Shown piece after piece: positions 47,858 through 60,000 of a DNA stretch of 64,000 nucleotides. This stretch comes from Opitutales bacterium (lineage in GTDB: Bacteria; Verrucomicrobiota; Verrucomicrobiia; Opitutales; UBA2987). Each line of letters opens with the position of its first letter. Positions within the stretch are counted from its first letter, which is position 1. The DNA is taken from assembly GCA_965226885.1 (NCBI GenBank), contig CBDDEL010000016.1, positions 1 to 64,000 on the forward strand, written 5' to 3'. Both the position numbers and the translations under genes were made by a program. Under the pieces are notes generated by a model, which searched no databases, had not been told where the DNA came from, and saw nothing but the letters and a program-made list of their open reading frames with translations.

Positions 47858-48414
47858 TTCAGCCTCCTATTGAAGATTTCAAATATACTATAAACCAGGA
47901 TTGCCAGTTTATCAACTAATCTAATAATATAATTATTTATTATTAGATATATTTATCTATTAATTGAGTTTTGAATTGCAGTGATAATCAGCGAATTTCT
48001 ACTGCGCCTTCTATTATTTTCTGTTCTGATTTACAAATTTAGTGATTCAGAAAGAGACAACCGACATGGTGTCAACCATCCATCAATGGAAAGCATTTCA
48101 TCGGTGAATGTATCAATAAATTTTTACTTATTAGTATTTCTTAAAAAATAAATTCGTAAAAATAGTAATTCTTATTAGATATTTCCTCATAACTGTGTAG
48201 TCTTACAACAAATGAGCAATGGAAGCCGGTCACATCAGTCATAACGCGATTATCGGATGGCCCGAACACTGAAATATTGAGCAATTGGCAATATGAAATT
48301 TGAAAGTTGATTCCCTTTTTCTTTACGATTAGACGAAAATCGCTTGCTGAGTGTGACAAAATTGCACAACATAAGAAGATATGTGGGAATTCTGTCTATG
48401 ATCCACAATATTTC

Positions 48415-48517
48415 TTTTAACCGCAGTTTACGCAGATAAGCGCATATGGATGTTTGATTAAGTGCAGATTAATGTTTACGAGAAATCTGTGCCCATCTGT
48501 CTAATCCGTGGTTAAAA
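48415..48517. repeat. Imperfect ~34-bp inverted repeat (REP/MITE-like hairpin)
   Basis: TTTTAACCGCAGTTTACGCAGATAAGCGCA vs reverse complement TTTTAACCACGGATTAGACAGATGGGCACA. Confidence 0.6.
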
Positions 48518-48560
48518 AATTAGGGAATTGAAGGATTTTTTCCTGGAATCTTTAAAGATA

Positions 48561-49964
48561 ATGCCGGCCTCTATTTTAATTGTCGATGATGAGAAGCATA
48601 CCCGTGACGGCCTCATGCAAGCGCTCATGGATGATTATGAGGTCTATCCGGCGGCCAATGCCGAAGAGGCTTTCAACCTGATGGAGTCGGAGGATTTCGA
48701 CGTCATCCTGACCGACCTCAGAATGGCCGGCAAAAGCGGCATGAAAGTCATCGATAAATCCATTTCCATGCCACGCCAGCCCATCACCTTGATGATGACT
48801 GCCTACGGCAACGTGGAAACCGCGGTCGAGGCCATGAAACGAGGCGCCCACGATTTTCTAACCAAACCGGTCAATTTGGAAAAGCTGGAAATTCTAATCA
48901 AACGGGCCCTGCAAACCCGCCGCATCGAGACCGAAAACGCAACTTTGCATAAGCGGCTGGACCGCAAGTTCAGTTTCGAGGGAATTGTCGGCAACTCTTC
49001 CGCCCTGCACGAAGTGATCGATGTTATCAAGAGGGTAGCCCCATCGAAGGCCACGGTTTTGCTGGAGGGCGACACCGGCACTGGAAAGGAACTGTTCGCC
49101 CAGGCAATTCATCAAAACAGCGACCGGGCCCGCGGGCCGTTTATCGTCGTGCATTGCGCCGCCCTCCCATCCAATCTTCTCGAAAGCGAATTATTCGGGC
49201 ATGAAAAAGGCGCCTTTACCGGCGCTATGGAACGCAGAATAGGCCGGTTCGAAGCGGCCGATGGCGGAACCCTTTTCATTGACGAGATCGGTGAAATAGA
49301 TTCCTCCACCCAGGTTAAATTACTGCGGTTCCTGGAGTCCCGTGATTTCGAGCGTTTAGGCAGCCATAAAACGATCAAAGTCGATGTGCGGTTGGTGGCG
49401 GCGACTAACAAACCGTTGGAGGGACTTGTCAAGAAAGGTAAATTCCGGGAAGATCTTTTTTACCGCCTCAATGTGGTGCCCATTCAACTGCCCTCCTTGA
49501 GCCAGCGACCCGACGATATTCCCCTGCTGCTGGATCACTTTATCGCCCAATTTACGGAGGAAAACGGAACCGACCCGATAGAGTTAAACCCGGATGCTCT
49601 AAATATCCTGAAACGTTACCGATGGCCGGGAAACATACGCGAATTACGCAATTTCGCTGAAAAGATTGTCGTGCTTAACCGCGGCGGCCTGATAACCGCC
49701 TATGACTTGGACCAGCGGTTCCTGCAATCGCGGTCCGACTTCGGAGGCGAGAGCCCGGAACCATCCGCCAATCCCCTTTCGGTGGAAGAAAATGAAAAAC
49801 GGCTCCTGCGCGGAGCCCTCACCGAAACCGACGGCAACCGCACCCGGGCCGCTCAAATCCTGGGCATCAGCCGGCGCACCCTGCACCGAAAATTACAATT
49901 ATGGCCCGAATTGGATGTACCTCCCGGCAACGCCCCCAGAACCCGTTTGGGAGACAGGAGCTAA
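48561..49964 (+). CDS. Sigma-54-dependent response regulator (NtrC/AtoC family: REC-AAA+-Fis HTH)
   Basis: ILIVDDE, TDLRM, GDTGTGKE, ELFGHEKGAFTGA, WPGNIREL, AAQILGISRRTL. Confidence 0.95.
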   Translation: MPASILIVDDEKHTRDGLMQALMDDYEVYPAANAEEAFNLMESEDFDVILTDLRMAGKSGMKVIDKSISMPRQPITLMMTAYGNVETAVEAMKRGAHDFLTKPVNLEKLEILIKRALQTRRIETENATLHKRLDRKFSFEGIVGNSSALHEVIDVIKRVAPSKATVLLEGDTGTGKELFAQAIHQNSDRARGPFIVVHCAALPSNLLESELFGHEKGAFTGAMERRIGRFEAADGGTLFIDEIGEIDSSTQVKLLRFLESRDFERLGSHKTIKVDVRLVAATNKPLEGLVKKGKFREDLFYRLNVVPIQLPSLSQRPDDIPLLLDHFIAQFTEENGTDPIELNPDALNILKRYRWPGNIRELRNFAEKIVVLNRGGLITAYDLDQRFLQSRSDFGGESPEPSANPLSVEENEKRLLRGALTETDGNRTRAAQILGISRRTLHRKLQLWPELDVPPGNAPRTRLGDRS

Positions 49965-50934
49965 AAAGCGGAACAATTTATTCTCATGGGATCATTCAGG
50001 TTACAGCGGCTGGTTCATTGGCTGGAATTCGGACAGGGGAAACGAGGCATCCTGTTCATTGGCCTGCTCGTTTTCATCGGCCTTTTCACCTGGTATCACG
50101 GTTATAAAAGATTCGCCGGGCCCTCCTCCGAGAATGTCATCGAGTATGCCCTGATCGGAAAAAATTTGTCCGAAGGGAAAGGGTTCACCACGCCGGTCAT
50201 CTACCCCCAAACACTCGCCTTCCTCGAAAATCGGGAGGAAGGGTATGTATTCTCTGCCGACACACCCTTGCCCGATCTTTATCATGCCCCATTATATCCA
50301 ATGGTGTTGGGTGGCGTTTTAAAGATATTACCCAAAAGCGTCAGGGAACTGGTCTGGTCCGATCCCGTTTCCGAGCCAGGGCTGCCCTACCCGGCCTTCA
50401 ACGGCGATTACTTCCTCCTGGCCGTCAACGTGTTCTTTTTTCTCCTTAGCTGCCTCATGACCTACTGGTTGGGCCGATTCATTTTCTCCCCCATTGCCGG
50501 TTTGATCGCCATGTTGGGAGTATTGTTTTCGGTCGCCCTATGGGACAGCGTGCTCGCCCTCAACGGCATTTCCCTTCTCCTTTTTCTAACCCTTCTCCTG
50601 TTTCAACTCTGGTCCGTGCTGGAACGATGGTTCCTGCAAAACCCATTGCTGCGGGAGACAGGCGCTCGCTCTATCCTCCTGTGCCTGATTACCGGCGTCA
50701 TCGGGGGTCTCCTTTTTTTAACAGAATATACGGCCGGTTTTATATTTCTGGTTTTTGCAGGTTACCTCGTGGTTCGCTTTCGCGGGTCTTATTGGTTAAA
50801 AATGCTCAGCCCTGCATTGCTGGGGTTTCTATTTGTAACCTCTCCCTGGTGTTGGCGAAATATCACCTGGACCGGCCACCCCCTGGCCCTGGCCAGCCAG
50901 AACCTCGCCTTGAAAGCGGGCGATAGCACGGCCG

Positions 50935-51739
50935 GGTAGTGTATAAAAAAAGAATGTTATTTTGTATTTTTAGCTGTACAAATAGCGTTAGGCAGTTTAT
51001 TCTTAGTGCATGGTTACTAAAATTATTAATTGTCGGCACTGTGGAAGTGAAAATATCATTAAATTTGGCAAGACGCCCAACCATAAACAGCGCTACCGCT
51101 GCCATGATTGTGGTAAACAAAGCCGCGAAAACCCCACAGTGAAATACACCGAAGAGCAAAAAGAAATGATCCTTCGAGTCTATCAGGAACGCAGCAGTCT
51201 ACGCGGTTTACAGCGCGCCTTCGGGGTGAGTCCCAACACCGTTTTGAGTTGGTTAAAAAAAACGACAATCGCTGCGACCGCTCAAAAGCACGATTCTTGC
51301 GGCCCGCCCGCCATGATGTCATTGAACTGGACGAACTGTGGTCTTTTGTGGGGCGCAAGAGCGATGCCCAATGGGTTTGGATCGCTCTCTTTGCCGACGC
51401 ACCCGTCAAATCCTCTCCTATGCCATTGGGCCTCGGGATTGGTATCGTTGCCGGGAACTTTACGAGCGTCTGCCACGGGCCTACAAAAGATGTGCCACCT
51501 ACAGCGACTTTTGGAGCACTTATGATGAAGTCTTTCCTCATAACCGATCCGTGGGAAAAGAAACCGGTGAAACGGCCCATGTGGAACGATGGAACAATAC
51601 CCTGCGCCAACGACTGGGTCGTTTCACACGCAAAACCCTCTCCTTTTCCAAGCTTAAGAGTATGCATGAAACCTGTCTGAGACTTTTCATTCATCAATAT
51701 AATCAAGAATTAGCCACCATTCCTACTTAATACACTACC
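50935..51739 (+). mobile_element. IS1 type a with small insertions (805 bp)
   Basis: 8-bp TSD CACGGCCG. Confidence 0.94.
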
Positions 51740-51826
51740 CACGGCCGAACCGGAAACCTTTAAAAAGAGCCTCCAAGCAGCCGGCCCCGAAACCAGCATC
51801 CGCAAAATCGCTAACAAGGGCCTTAA

Positions 51827-53589
51827 CCCGGATATTTCATGAAGGGTAAAGTTTGGCTCGTTATTGCTATTGGAGATGGATTTCTTTGTATTTTGAGCAG
51901 ATCGTCTTGATTTTTAGGTGTTTTTCAGGGTGTAGAGACACTGCCCCCTTTCCCCCATTGGTTCGGTAGTGCCGGGGGCAGCACCAATGCACCCTTTAGC
52001 CCGGATATTTCATGAAGGGTAAAGTTTGGCTTGCTATTGCTATTGGAGATGGATTTCTTTGTATTTTGAGCAGATCGTCTTGATTTTTAGGTGTTTTTCA
52101 GGGTGTAGAGACACTGCCCCCTTTCCCCCATTGGTTCGGTAGTGCCGGGGGCAGCACCAATGCACCCTTTAGGTTGGCACCAATCGGCGGGCCGCATGGT
52201 TGAAAAGACTGGCCCAAGGATAACTCTCACTTAGGTGAAAGTGAATCGTTCGGGTGTTGCGCACGATGACCGCTCCGATCTTGATTAATTTGAGCCGCAG
52301 GGTGTGGCATTGGGCCCGCGCCCACTTCGTCCCTTTTAAGGCTAACCGGCGCATGGCTTCCATCAAGGTGTAGGCCAGCGCCGACAAGAGCAATCGCCAC
52401 TGATTGGCCCACCATTGATGGGCGCTGGTGCGCTCGCTGAACAATTGCATCTGTTCCTTGATTCGGTTCTCCATTTCACCGCGGCCACAGTATACCTTGT
52501 CGTAAAGCTCCTGGGGATCGCCCGGCAGGTTCGTCACCACGAAGCGCGGGTTGGACCCCTGTGCGGTGTGTTCGGCTTTATGGATGACCAACCGCAGCCA
52601 TCGCCACGAATCGGCAGCATAGACGAAGTCCTGGAATAACCGTTGTTTTTTACCCCTTAGTTCGAACCATTCTTTGGCCTGCTTTTGCAACTGCTGGGCG
52701 TCTTGCTGCAAGCGTGCATTGCGAGCCATCCCCACGATGTAACTAACTTCGTTGCGGTCGCACCAAGAGAGTATCCGGTCTCGACAAAATCCACTGTCGG
52801 CGCGCCAAATAATCCGCGTACGGGGCCAGCTTTGGCGAATCCGTTTAACCAGCAATTTGAGGATGGCCCCGGCATGCTTGCTGGCATCGATCTTGCTCGG
52901 CCGCAGGTAGGCCACCAGCAGCTGATCACCGCAAAAAACATATAGCGGCAGAAAACAGTAATGATCATAATAACCGTGGAAAAAACGTCCCTCCTGGAGC
53001 CCGTGCACCGGATTGTCGGTGGCGTCAAAGTCCAGGATGATCTCTTCGGGTTCCTCGGCAAAGGAGCCCATGAACTGTTCGACCAACAGCTCGTTTACCG
53101 CAAAGGCCGCCCGCCGATCCTGCCCGTTTTCAAAACGACACAAAGTCGGCGCGCTGGCCAACGTTTCAATGCGCCCCGTTACCGTTTGCAACAATGGATC
53201 GTGGCGCAGGGTATCAAAGTCGTTCAAATCCTCATAGCCCGCCACCAGCCCGTAAACGCGCTGCCGCAGCATCCCCAAGACCTCATGGCTTACTTTGCCC
53301 TTCTGCCGTTTGTCCACTAACTGTCGGGCCGCTCGTTCGGTCAAGCCCAACTGCCGATCCACTTCCCGGATCAAAAGCAGTCCGGCATCCGAAGTAACCT
53401 CTCCGCCCTTGAAATCAACCCGCACACGGCGGCCTTTTACCCTTGTCAACTGTAGCTTTAATTGTTTACCTTTTGTCATCTTTTGTCATCGCTGATATTG
53501 CTTTAATTATTGATCTATCCTGCTGTATATCACTGCTGTATATCAGCAGTTAAGCATATCAACGATACTTTTTTTACGAAATATCCGGG
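51827..53589 (-). mobile_element. IS1380 with an extra 173-bp right end; transposase 52169-53479 intact (436 aa)
   Basis: TTAA TSD flanks the whole unit. A second right IR starts at 52000 after TTAG. Confidence 0.93.
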
Positions 53590-54449
53590 TTAAGGGGCTG
53601 GAAATCAACTTGAAGGAGCGTCTGTGGTCGGGCGGGGCCTACATATTCACCGCCTTTTTACTGGTCGGCTGCCTTTACCGTTTTCGCAACAACCTGGCTG
53701 CAACAACCTGGCTAACAGCATGCGTTGGTGCGCTGTTTTAACCATACTCATCGTTCTGGTCCTGCAGCCATTTTTCAACAGCGGCCTATCGCAAAGACTG
53801 CCCGCCATTTATCTGGCACCCCTCATCATCTTATTTGGGGCCGGCTTTGTCATCATCATGCTGGAGAGCACCGGCCGGCGATTGCAAATGGAACGTATGG
53901 TCTGGATTTCGGCCTTGCTGCTATTCCAGGCCATACCGATGGTCCACAATTTGATGGAGCCCAAAAGAAATCCATTTACATATCCACCCTATATCCCCTC
54001 TCTGCTGGCCCGCACACGCACCCACCTGTCCGATCGGTTTTACCCCGGTTATGGGTTCATGTCGGATGTGCCCGCCGGGATGGCCTGGTATTCCCAGCAA
54101 CCGGTGTGGGCACAACCCGGCGAATATTCCGATTTTGTGGAGACCCTCCTACGTCAGGAAATCGGGGCTCTCTTTCTTTCCCCAAAAGTGCTCGACCGCC
54201 CTTATTTTTCCCAACTGCTGCAAGCGGACCTGGAACTGGGAGACGATTATAAAAAGAAAAGATATTGGGGCGCTGTCTACGGTAGCCTGCAGCAGGGCTC
54301 TCTACCGCGGTTTTTTCCCTTGAGTCAGGTCCAGCAAATTTCCACCAACATGTATGTGCTTTCCAATCCCCTTGCCTGGCGTCAGGAATAAAAAAAATTG
54401 TATTGACCCTGGTAGGTTTTGCCTGCACCTTTACCGGCGCTTAATACAG

Positions 54450-56543
54450 ATGAATAAAGCCACACCACTACTCCTGCTTGTTGCATTGCAAACCACGCTA
54501 TTTTCGGCGTTTACGCTCCCATCCCGGAGCAGGAACAAGGAAAGGCGATCGTTTTGAGCCTCGAAGGCGGCTACCATTACGACAGTAACATTCTGGGCAG
54601 CCCCAGTAACGACCCGGACAGACCGGTTCAGGACAGTTCCGTCTTCACCGTTACCCCCGGCATCAAGTACAACGCCTCCATTGAGGAACAAAGCTTTATC
54701 CAGGCCTCCTACCTGCTGAACGCCCTCCTTTATTCGGAACGACCCACCGAGGACAAGCTCTACAACCATTTTTTCAACGTCAGGTTTTCGCACACCTTTA
54801 CGCCCACTCTAATTTTGGAAGTGTCCGACGCTTATTCATTAATCGACAGCCCGGAATCTTCTTTAGATCTTCCTTTTAATGAAGGACAATTGCAGACCAA
54901 TCAGTCCAACAACATTAATCAATTCGATTTCAGTTAATCAATTCGATTTCAGCCTGGCTGCGGAATTGAGCCCAAAAACCAGCATGGTCTTTAAATACCG
55001 CAATTTTAACTTTGCTTACGATGATACCCCAGTAGCGTTTCAATTGGATCGCAATGACAATCTCTTTGGCATCCAGGCAGGCTACAACTGGACTCCGGAA
55101 GCTTCATTGGTCTTCGAATATCGATCCCAGGACCGCGCCTACGCCTTCGACGGTGGTGCGAAGAACAGCGATTCCAGCTTTTTTCTATTCGGGGTGGACT
55201 GCGGGGTGGACGGGGTGGACTGCGGGGTGGACTGGATTCCAAGCCCCACCTTTCAGATAAATGGGCGCCTTGGCGTGGACGACCGTGAACGGGAAATCGG
55301 CGCAGGCGACACCAATTTTTGGTAGTGTATAAAAAAAGAATGTTATTTTGTATTTTTAGCTGTACAAATAGCGTTAGGCAGTTTATTCTTAGTGCATGGT
55401 TACTAAAATTATTAATTGTCGGCACTGTGGAAGTGAAAATATCATTAAATTTGGCAAGACGCCCAACCATAAACAGCGCTACCGCTGCCATGATTGTGGT
55501 AAACAAAGCCGCGAAAACCCCACAGTGAAATACACCGAAGAGCAAAAAGAAATGATCCTTCGAGTCTATCAGGAACGCAGCAGTCTACGCGGTTTACAGC
55601 GCGCCTTCGGGGTGAGTCCCAACACCGTTTTGAGTTGGTTAAAAAAAACGACAATCGCTGCGACCGCTCAAAAGCACGATTCTTGCGGCCCGCCGCCATG
55701 ATGTCATTGAACTGGACGAACTGTGGTCTTTTGTGGGGCGCAAGAGCGATGCCCAATGGGTTTGGATCGCTCTTTGCCGACGCACCCGTCAAATCCTCTC
55801 CTATGCCATTGGGCCTCGGGATTGGTATCGTTGCCGGGAACTTTACGAGCGTCTGCCACGGGCCTACAAAAGATGTGCCACCTACAGCGACTTTTGGAGC
55901 ACTTATGATGAAGTCTTTCCTCATAACCGATCCGTGGGAAAAGAAACCGGTGAAACGGCCCATGTGGAACGATGGAACAATACCCTGCGCCAACGACTGG
56001 GTCGTTTCACACGCAAAACCCTCTCCTTTTCCAAGCTTAAGAGTATGCATGAAACCTGTCTGAGACTTTTCATTCATCAATATAATCAAGAATTAGCCAC
56101 CATTCCTACTTAATACACTACCCAATTTTTATGGCCAGCTAACCGGAATTTACCAGTACCATCCCGATTCGTTTATGGCTTTCAGCATCACTTACGAAAC
56201 GGTCGAAACCTCGGCTCCCGTTGCCTTTTCCGGTGAGGAAACCTTCTCCTTATTGCTCAATGTTCAACATGCCCTCACGAGCAAGATATTCCTGGCCGGT
56301 TCCATTTATTACGATACGGCGGACCTAATTAAACAAAATGCTCTAGCAAATATTAGCGACAATACCGTTCGCCTCGGTTTAAGCGCCATCTACCAGCCTA
56401 CACAAAACTGGTCGATCATCTTCAGCTACGATTTTGACGACACCGATTCGGATGATCCCTCTTTAGCCCCGGGGGCCATTAATTCTCGCACGGAAACCCG
56501 GTCCCGGGTAGGAATCAGCGCCCGTTACACCTTTGGTCTGTAA
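54450..56543 (+). pseudogene. Outer-membrane beta-barrel protein of the EPS export locus, frameshifted and split by IS1
   Basis: Signal peptide, Y.YDSNI, alternating aromatic beta-strands, C-terminal ARYTF. Lies directly upstream of wzc. Confidence 0.75.
55321..56122 (+). mobile_element. IS1 type a (802 bp)
   Basis: 8-bp TSD CAATTTTT. Confidence 0.95.
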
Positions 56544-57993
56544 GCCTGGAAAATATTTTTATCCGGTCGTCCAGTCGACAATCACAAATTTGAACTGGAG
56601 AATCTTGGCGCGGCTAACAGATTTATCCTCGTTCCACCTCAATTGAAGCAATAATTGCTCACCCATGGAATCCAATCTAAAAAAGACGGCTGCCGGCTTT
56701 TCACTCGGCGACTTCCTTAAAGTCCTCAAAACCCGTTGGCCCCTGATTACGCTTTTACTCCTTCTGGTGCTCAGTTCCACAGTTCTTTTTACCTATTTCA
56801 TGCCCAGATGGTACCTGTCCATAGCCGGGATACGGGTGGAAAAAGCTGAAGGGCAAGTTTCAGTTTTCGAACGCCAGAGGACCGGTAGTTTCGATCCCTA
56901 CTTCAACAAAGAGCAGTTCGAGATTATTCAGAGCAAAAAAATACTCCGTCAGGTGATCCGGAATCTCGACCTCGTCAATTATATCAGTCGAGACCTCGGC
57001 GCGCCCATAGACGAGGAATATGCTTACCAGTATATGGTTAAACAAATGCTCCTGGTAGAGTCCCGACCCGGCACCTCCCTTATCGACATCGGCGTGATGG
57101 TTAAAGGAAACCGCGATAAAGCCGCCGAAATTGCCCACGAAATTGCCCGTGTTTATGCCGAAGACCGCATTAAATTCGCTACCTCTGCCCAAACCGAGGG
57201 CATCGTGAGACTCAAGCAGGAACTTTTGCGGCAGGAAGTTTCCGTCTCTCAGGAACGCGACAAGGTGGAAAAATTGCGTCAGGAACTAGGGATCTCCGGA
57301 GTGGACCTAAATGCCCAGACGACACAACTGGATATCGACAACCTGCGGCAACTCGAACGCACCTACATCGCCGTAAAAGTCGATTCCATTGCTCGAAAAA
57401 CCCGCTGGGAGCAATTTAAAGCCGTTCCGGTCGAAGAGCGAATCCGGTTGATCAATTCCGAACTCATTCCAGACGTTAACCTGCAAAACCTCATGCAGGC
57501 CTACATGGTAGCCGAGCAGCAGCATGTCCGCGCCAAAGGGCGCCTGGGCCAAGCCCATCCCGATTTCTTGGCGGTGGAAAATACCCTCAAAAAAATCCAC
57601 GAACAATTGCTGAACCAATTGCTGAACCAGTTGATCGGATTCGAAAAATCCCTCGAAATATCCTATATCGAATCCAGGGCGCGAACCGATGAAATGAAAA
57701 ACCAGCTCAAGCTAGCCCGGGTCGATCAGATTCTGGATGCCCAAAGCAAAATGCGACCCTTTGAGGAAGCCGTGGATCGTTTGAGGGATGAGGAAAACCT
57801 CCTGCAAACCTTTCGATTGACCCTGCGCCAAAGGGAGATCGATTTCCAGGCCCCCAAACGAACCATTGAAATGCTCAACCAAGCGGTACCCTCGCTACGC
57901 CCGCACAAACCAAACTGGCTCCTCAATCTGTTTCTGGCCATCTTTGGAGGAATCCTTCTGGGCGTGGGGGCGGCTTTTATGGTCGAATTTTTC

Positions 57994-60000
57994 GACACCA
58001 GTTTTTGTTCCATCGAAGAGACACCAGTTTTTGTTCCATCGAAGAGACACCAGTTTTTGTTCCATCGAAGAGACACCAGTTTTTGTTCCATCGAAGAGAC
58101 ACCAGTTTTTGTTCCATCGAAGAGACACCAGTTTTTGTTCCATCGAAGAGACACCAGTTTTTGTTCCATCGAAGAGACACCAGTTTTTGTTCCATCGAAG
58201 AGACACCAGTTTTTGTTCCATCGAAGAGACACCAGTTTTTGTTCCATCGAAGAGACACCAGTTTTTGTTCCATCGAAGAGACACCAGTTTTTGTTCCATC
58301 GAAGAGACACCAGTTTTTGTTCCATCGAAGAGACACCAGTTTTTGTTCCATCGAAGAGACACCAGTTTTTGTTCCATCGAAGAGACACCAGTTTTTGTTC
58401 CATCGAAGAGACACCAGTTTTTGTTCCATCGAAGAGACACCAGTTTTTGTTCCATCGAAGAGACACCAGTTTTTGTTCCATCGAAGAGACACCAGTTTTT
58501 GTTCCATCGAAGAGACACCAGTTTTTGTTCCATCGAAGAGACACCAGTTTTTGTTCCATCGAAGAGACACCAGTTTTTGTTCCATCGAAGAGACACCAGT
58601 TTTTGTTCCATCGAAGATGACGTGTACTGGATTTGTTGGACACGGGATTCTCTTATATTCATTGTTTATTGATTAGTGTGTCAGGCGGCTTGTTTTGGTA
58701 AAGGGTTTTGTTTTCTCGTTGCCCCCCATGGGGGGCAAATATTTTCCTCGAATTGGACTGGGCTTTGGTAACTCAGAGAGGAATGTTTGCGATATCGGTT
58801 GTAGAAGATTTCCACGTATTCGAAGACAGTTGATCGCAGTTCGCGCTCGTCGGCAAAGTGGCGGCCTCGAATCGTGCTGGTCTTGAAGCGGCCGTAGAAC
58901 GATTCCATGGCCGCGTTGTCGTAGCAGTTGCCTTGGGCGCTCATGCTCGGCTTCATGCCTAGTTCAGAGACCAGCCTCTGATAGTCGTCGCTGGCGTAGG
59001 GGCTGCCCCGATCGCTGTGATGAATAATCCCGGTGCGCAGTGTGCCGCGGGTCATGGCCGCGGCTTTGAGGGCCTTGCCAACCAGCTTCGCGTCGTTGTG
59101 GTTGGAAACGCTCCAGCCCAGCAGGCGTCGGCTGAACAGGTCCATCACCGTGGCCAAGTACATCCAACCGGCCAGGGTCCGTAGGTAGGTCGTGTCCGCC
59201 ACCCAGACCTCGTCGATATGGGTCGGCTGGCCATGCTTTTTAAGCACATTGGGGCTGTAACCATAGGGATGGTTACTGTTGGTTTTTAATGGCTTAAAGC
59301 GTTTACTCTGGGTGCTTTTGATTCCCATTTCACGCATCAGACGCAGAGCCCGGTCACGGCCGCAATCGATGCCCTCATCATCCTTCAGATGGCGGTGCAT
59401 TGGCCGATGCCCATAGCGGCCCTTGGCCTCTTTGTGTACCTTCAGGATCGCCCCCTTGATTCCCTCGTCCTCGATCCGCCGGGCCGAGGGCGCTCGGTGC
59501 CTCCAGCAGTAATAGCCACTGCGACAAATCCCCATCGCCGAGCATATTTCCTCGATCTTGAAGCGCCCCTCGTTGTCTTTGACAAACTGGTACTTCATTG
59601 TTCGTCCTTGGCAAAGTAGCCCACCGTTTTTTTTAGTATCTGGTTGATCCGCTCCGAGCGGCGCAGCTCTTTGCGAAGACGATCTATCTCGGCCGCCATC
59701 TCCTTCGGACTGCTCTGTCGCTTTGAGGTGGCTTCGCCCTGCTGATCGTCCAGATAGAGCCTCTTCCACCTATACAATTGGTTGGTGTTGACCCCAAGTT
59801 TGGTCGATACCTCGGTGGCGCTCAGACCATCGAGTATCATCAGTTGAACTGCCTCATTTTTGAACTCTATACTAAAGCGTCTTCTTCCCATGCTTCGATT
59901 CTCCATTTAGGAGAATCTCGTGTCCACTTTTTCCAGTGCACATCAAGAGACACCAGTTTTTGTTCCATCGAAGAGACACCAGTTTTCGTTCCATCGAAGA
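57994..60000 (+). repeat. 26-bp tandem array GACACCAGTTTTTGTTCCATCGAAGA, 26 copies (24 + IS3 + 2)
   Basis: 57994-58617 is 624 bp = 24 x 26. Two more units at 59949-60000; the last has C instead of T. Confidence 0.97.
58618..59945 (-). mobile_element. IS3 type A (1328 bp) inserted in the tandem array
   Basis: 3-bp TSD AGA. Confidence 0.95.

Larger units (their letters stand above)
49986..54391 (+). pseudogene. GT-C/PMT-like polytopic membrane protein split by IS1 and IS1380
   Basis: Pieces 49986-50934, 51740-51826 and 53590-54391 rejoin across TSDs. PDLYHAPLYP and PWCWRN motifs. 14-bp duplication at 53686. Confidence 0.72.

Noticed and set aside
47860..48410. AT-rich stretch as a replication origin or ncRNA
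   Set aside because: No DnaA-box cluster, iterons or recognisable RNA motif seen. Probably promoter or decayed DNA.
57994..58617. CRISPR array
   Set aside because: Units are contiguous with no spacers, derive from wzc coding sequence, and no cas genes are present.
57726..58676. Repeat-protein ORFs in all six frames
   Set aside because: A by-product of a stop-free 26-bp unit. There are no independent starts or other evidence of genes.
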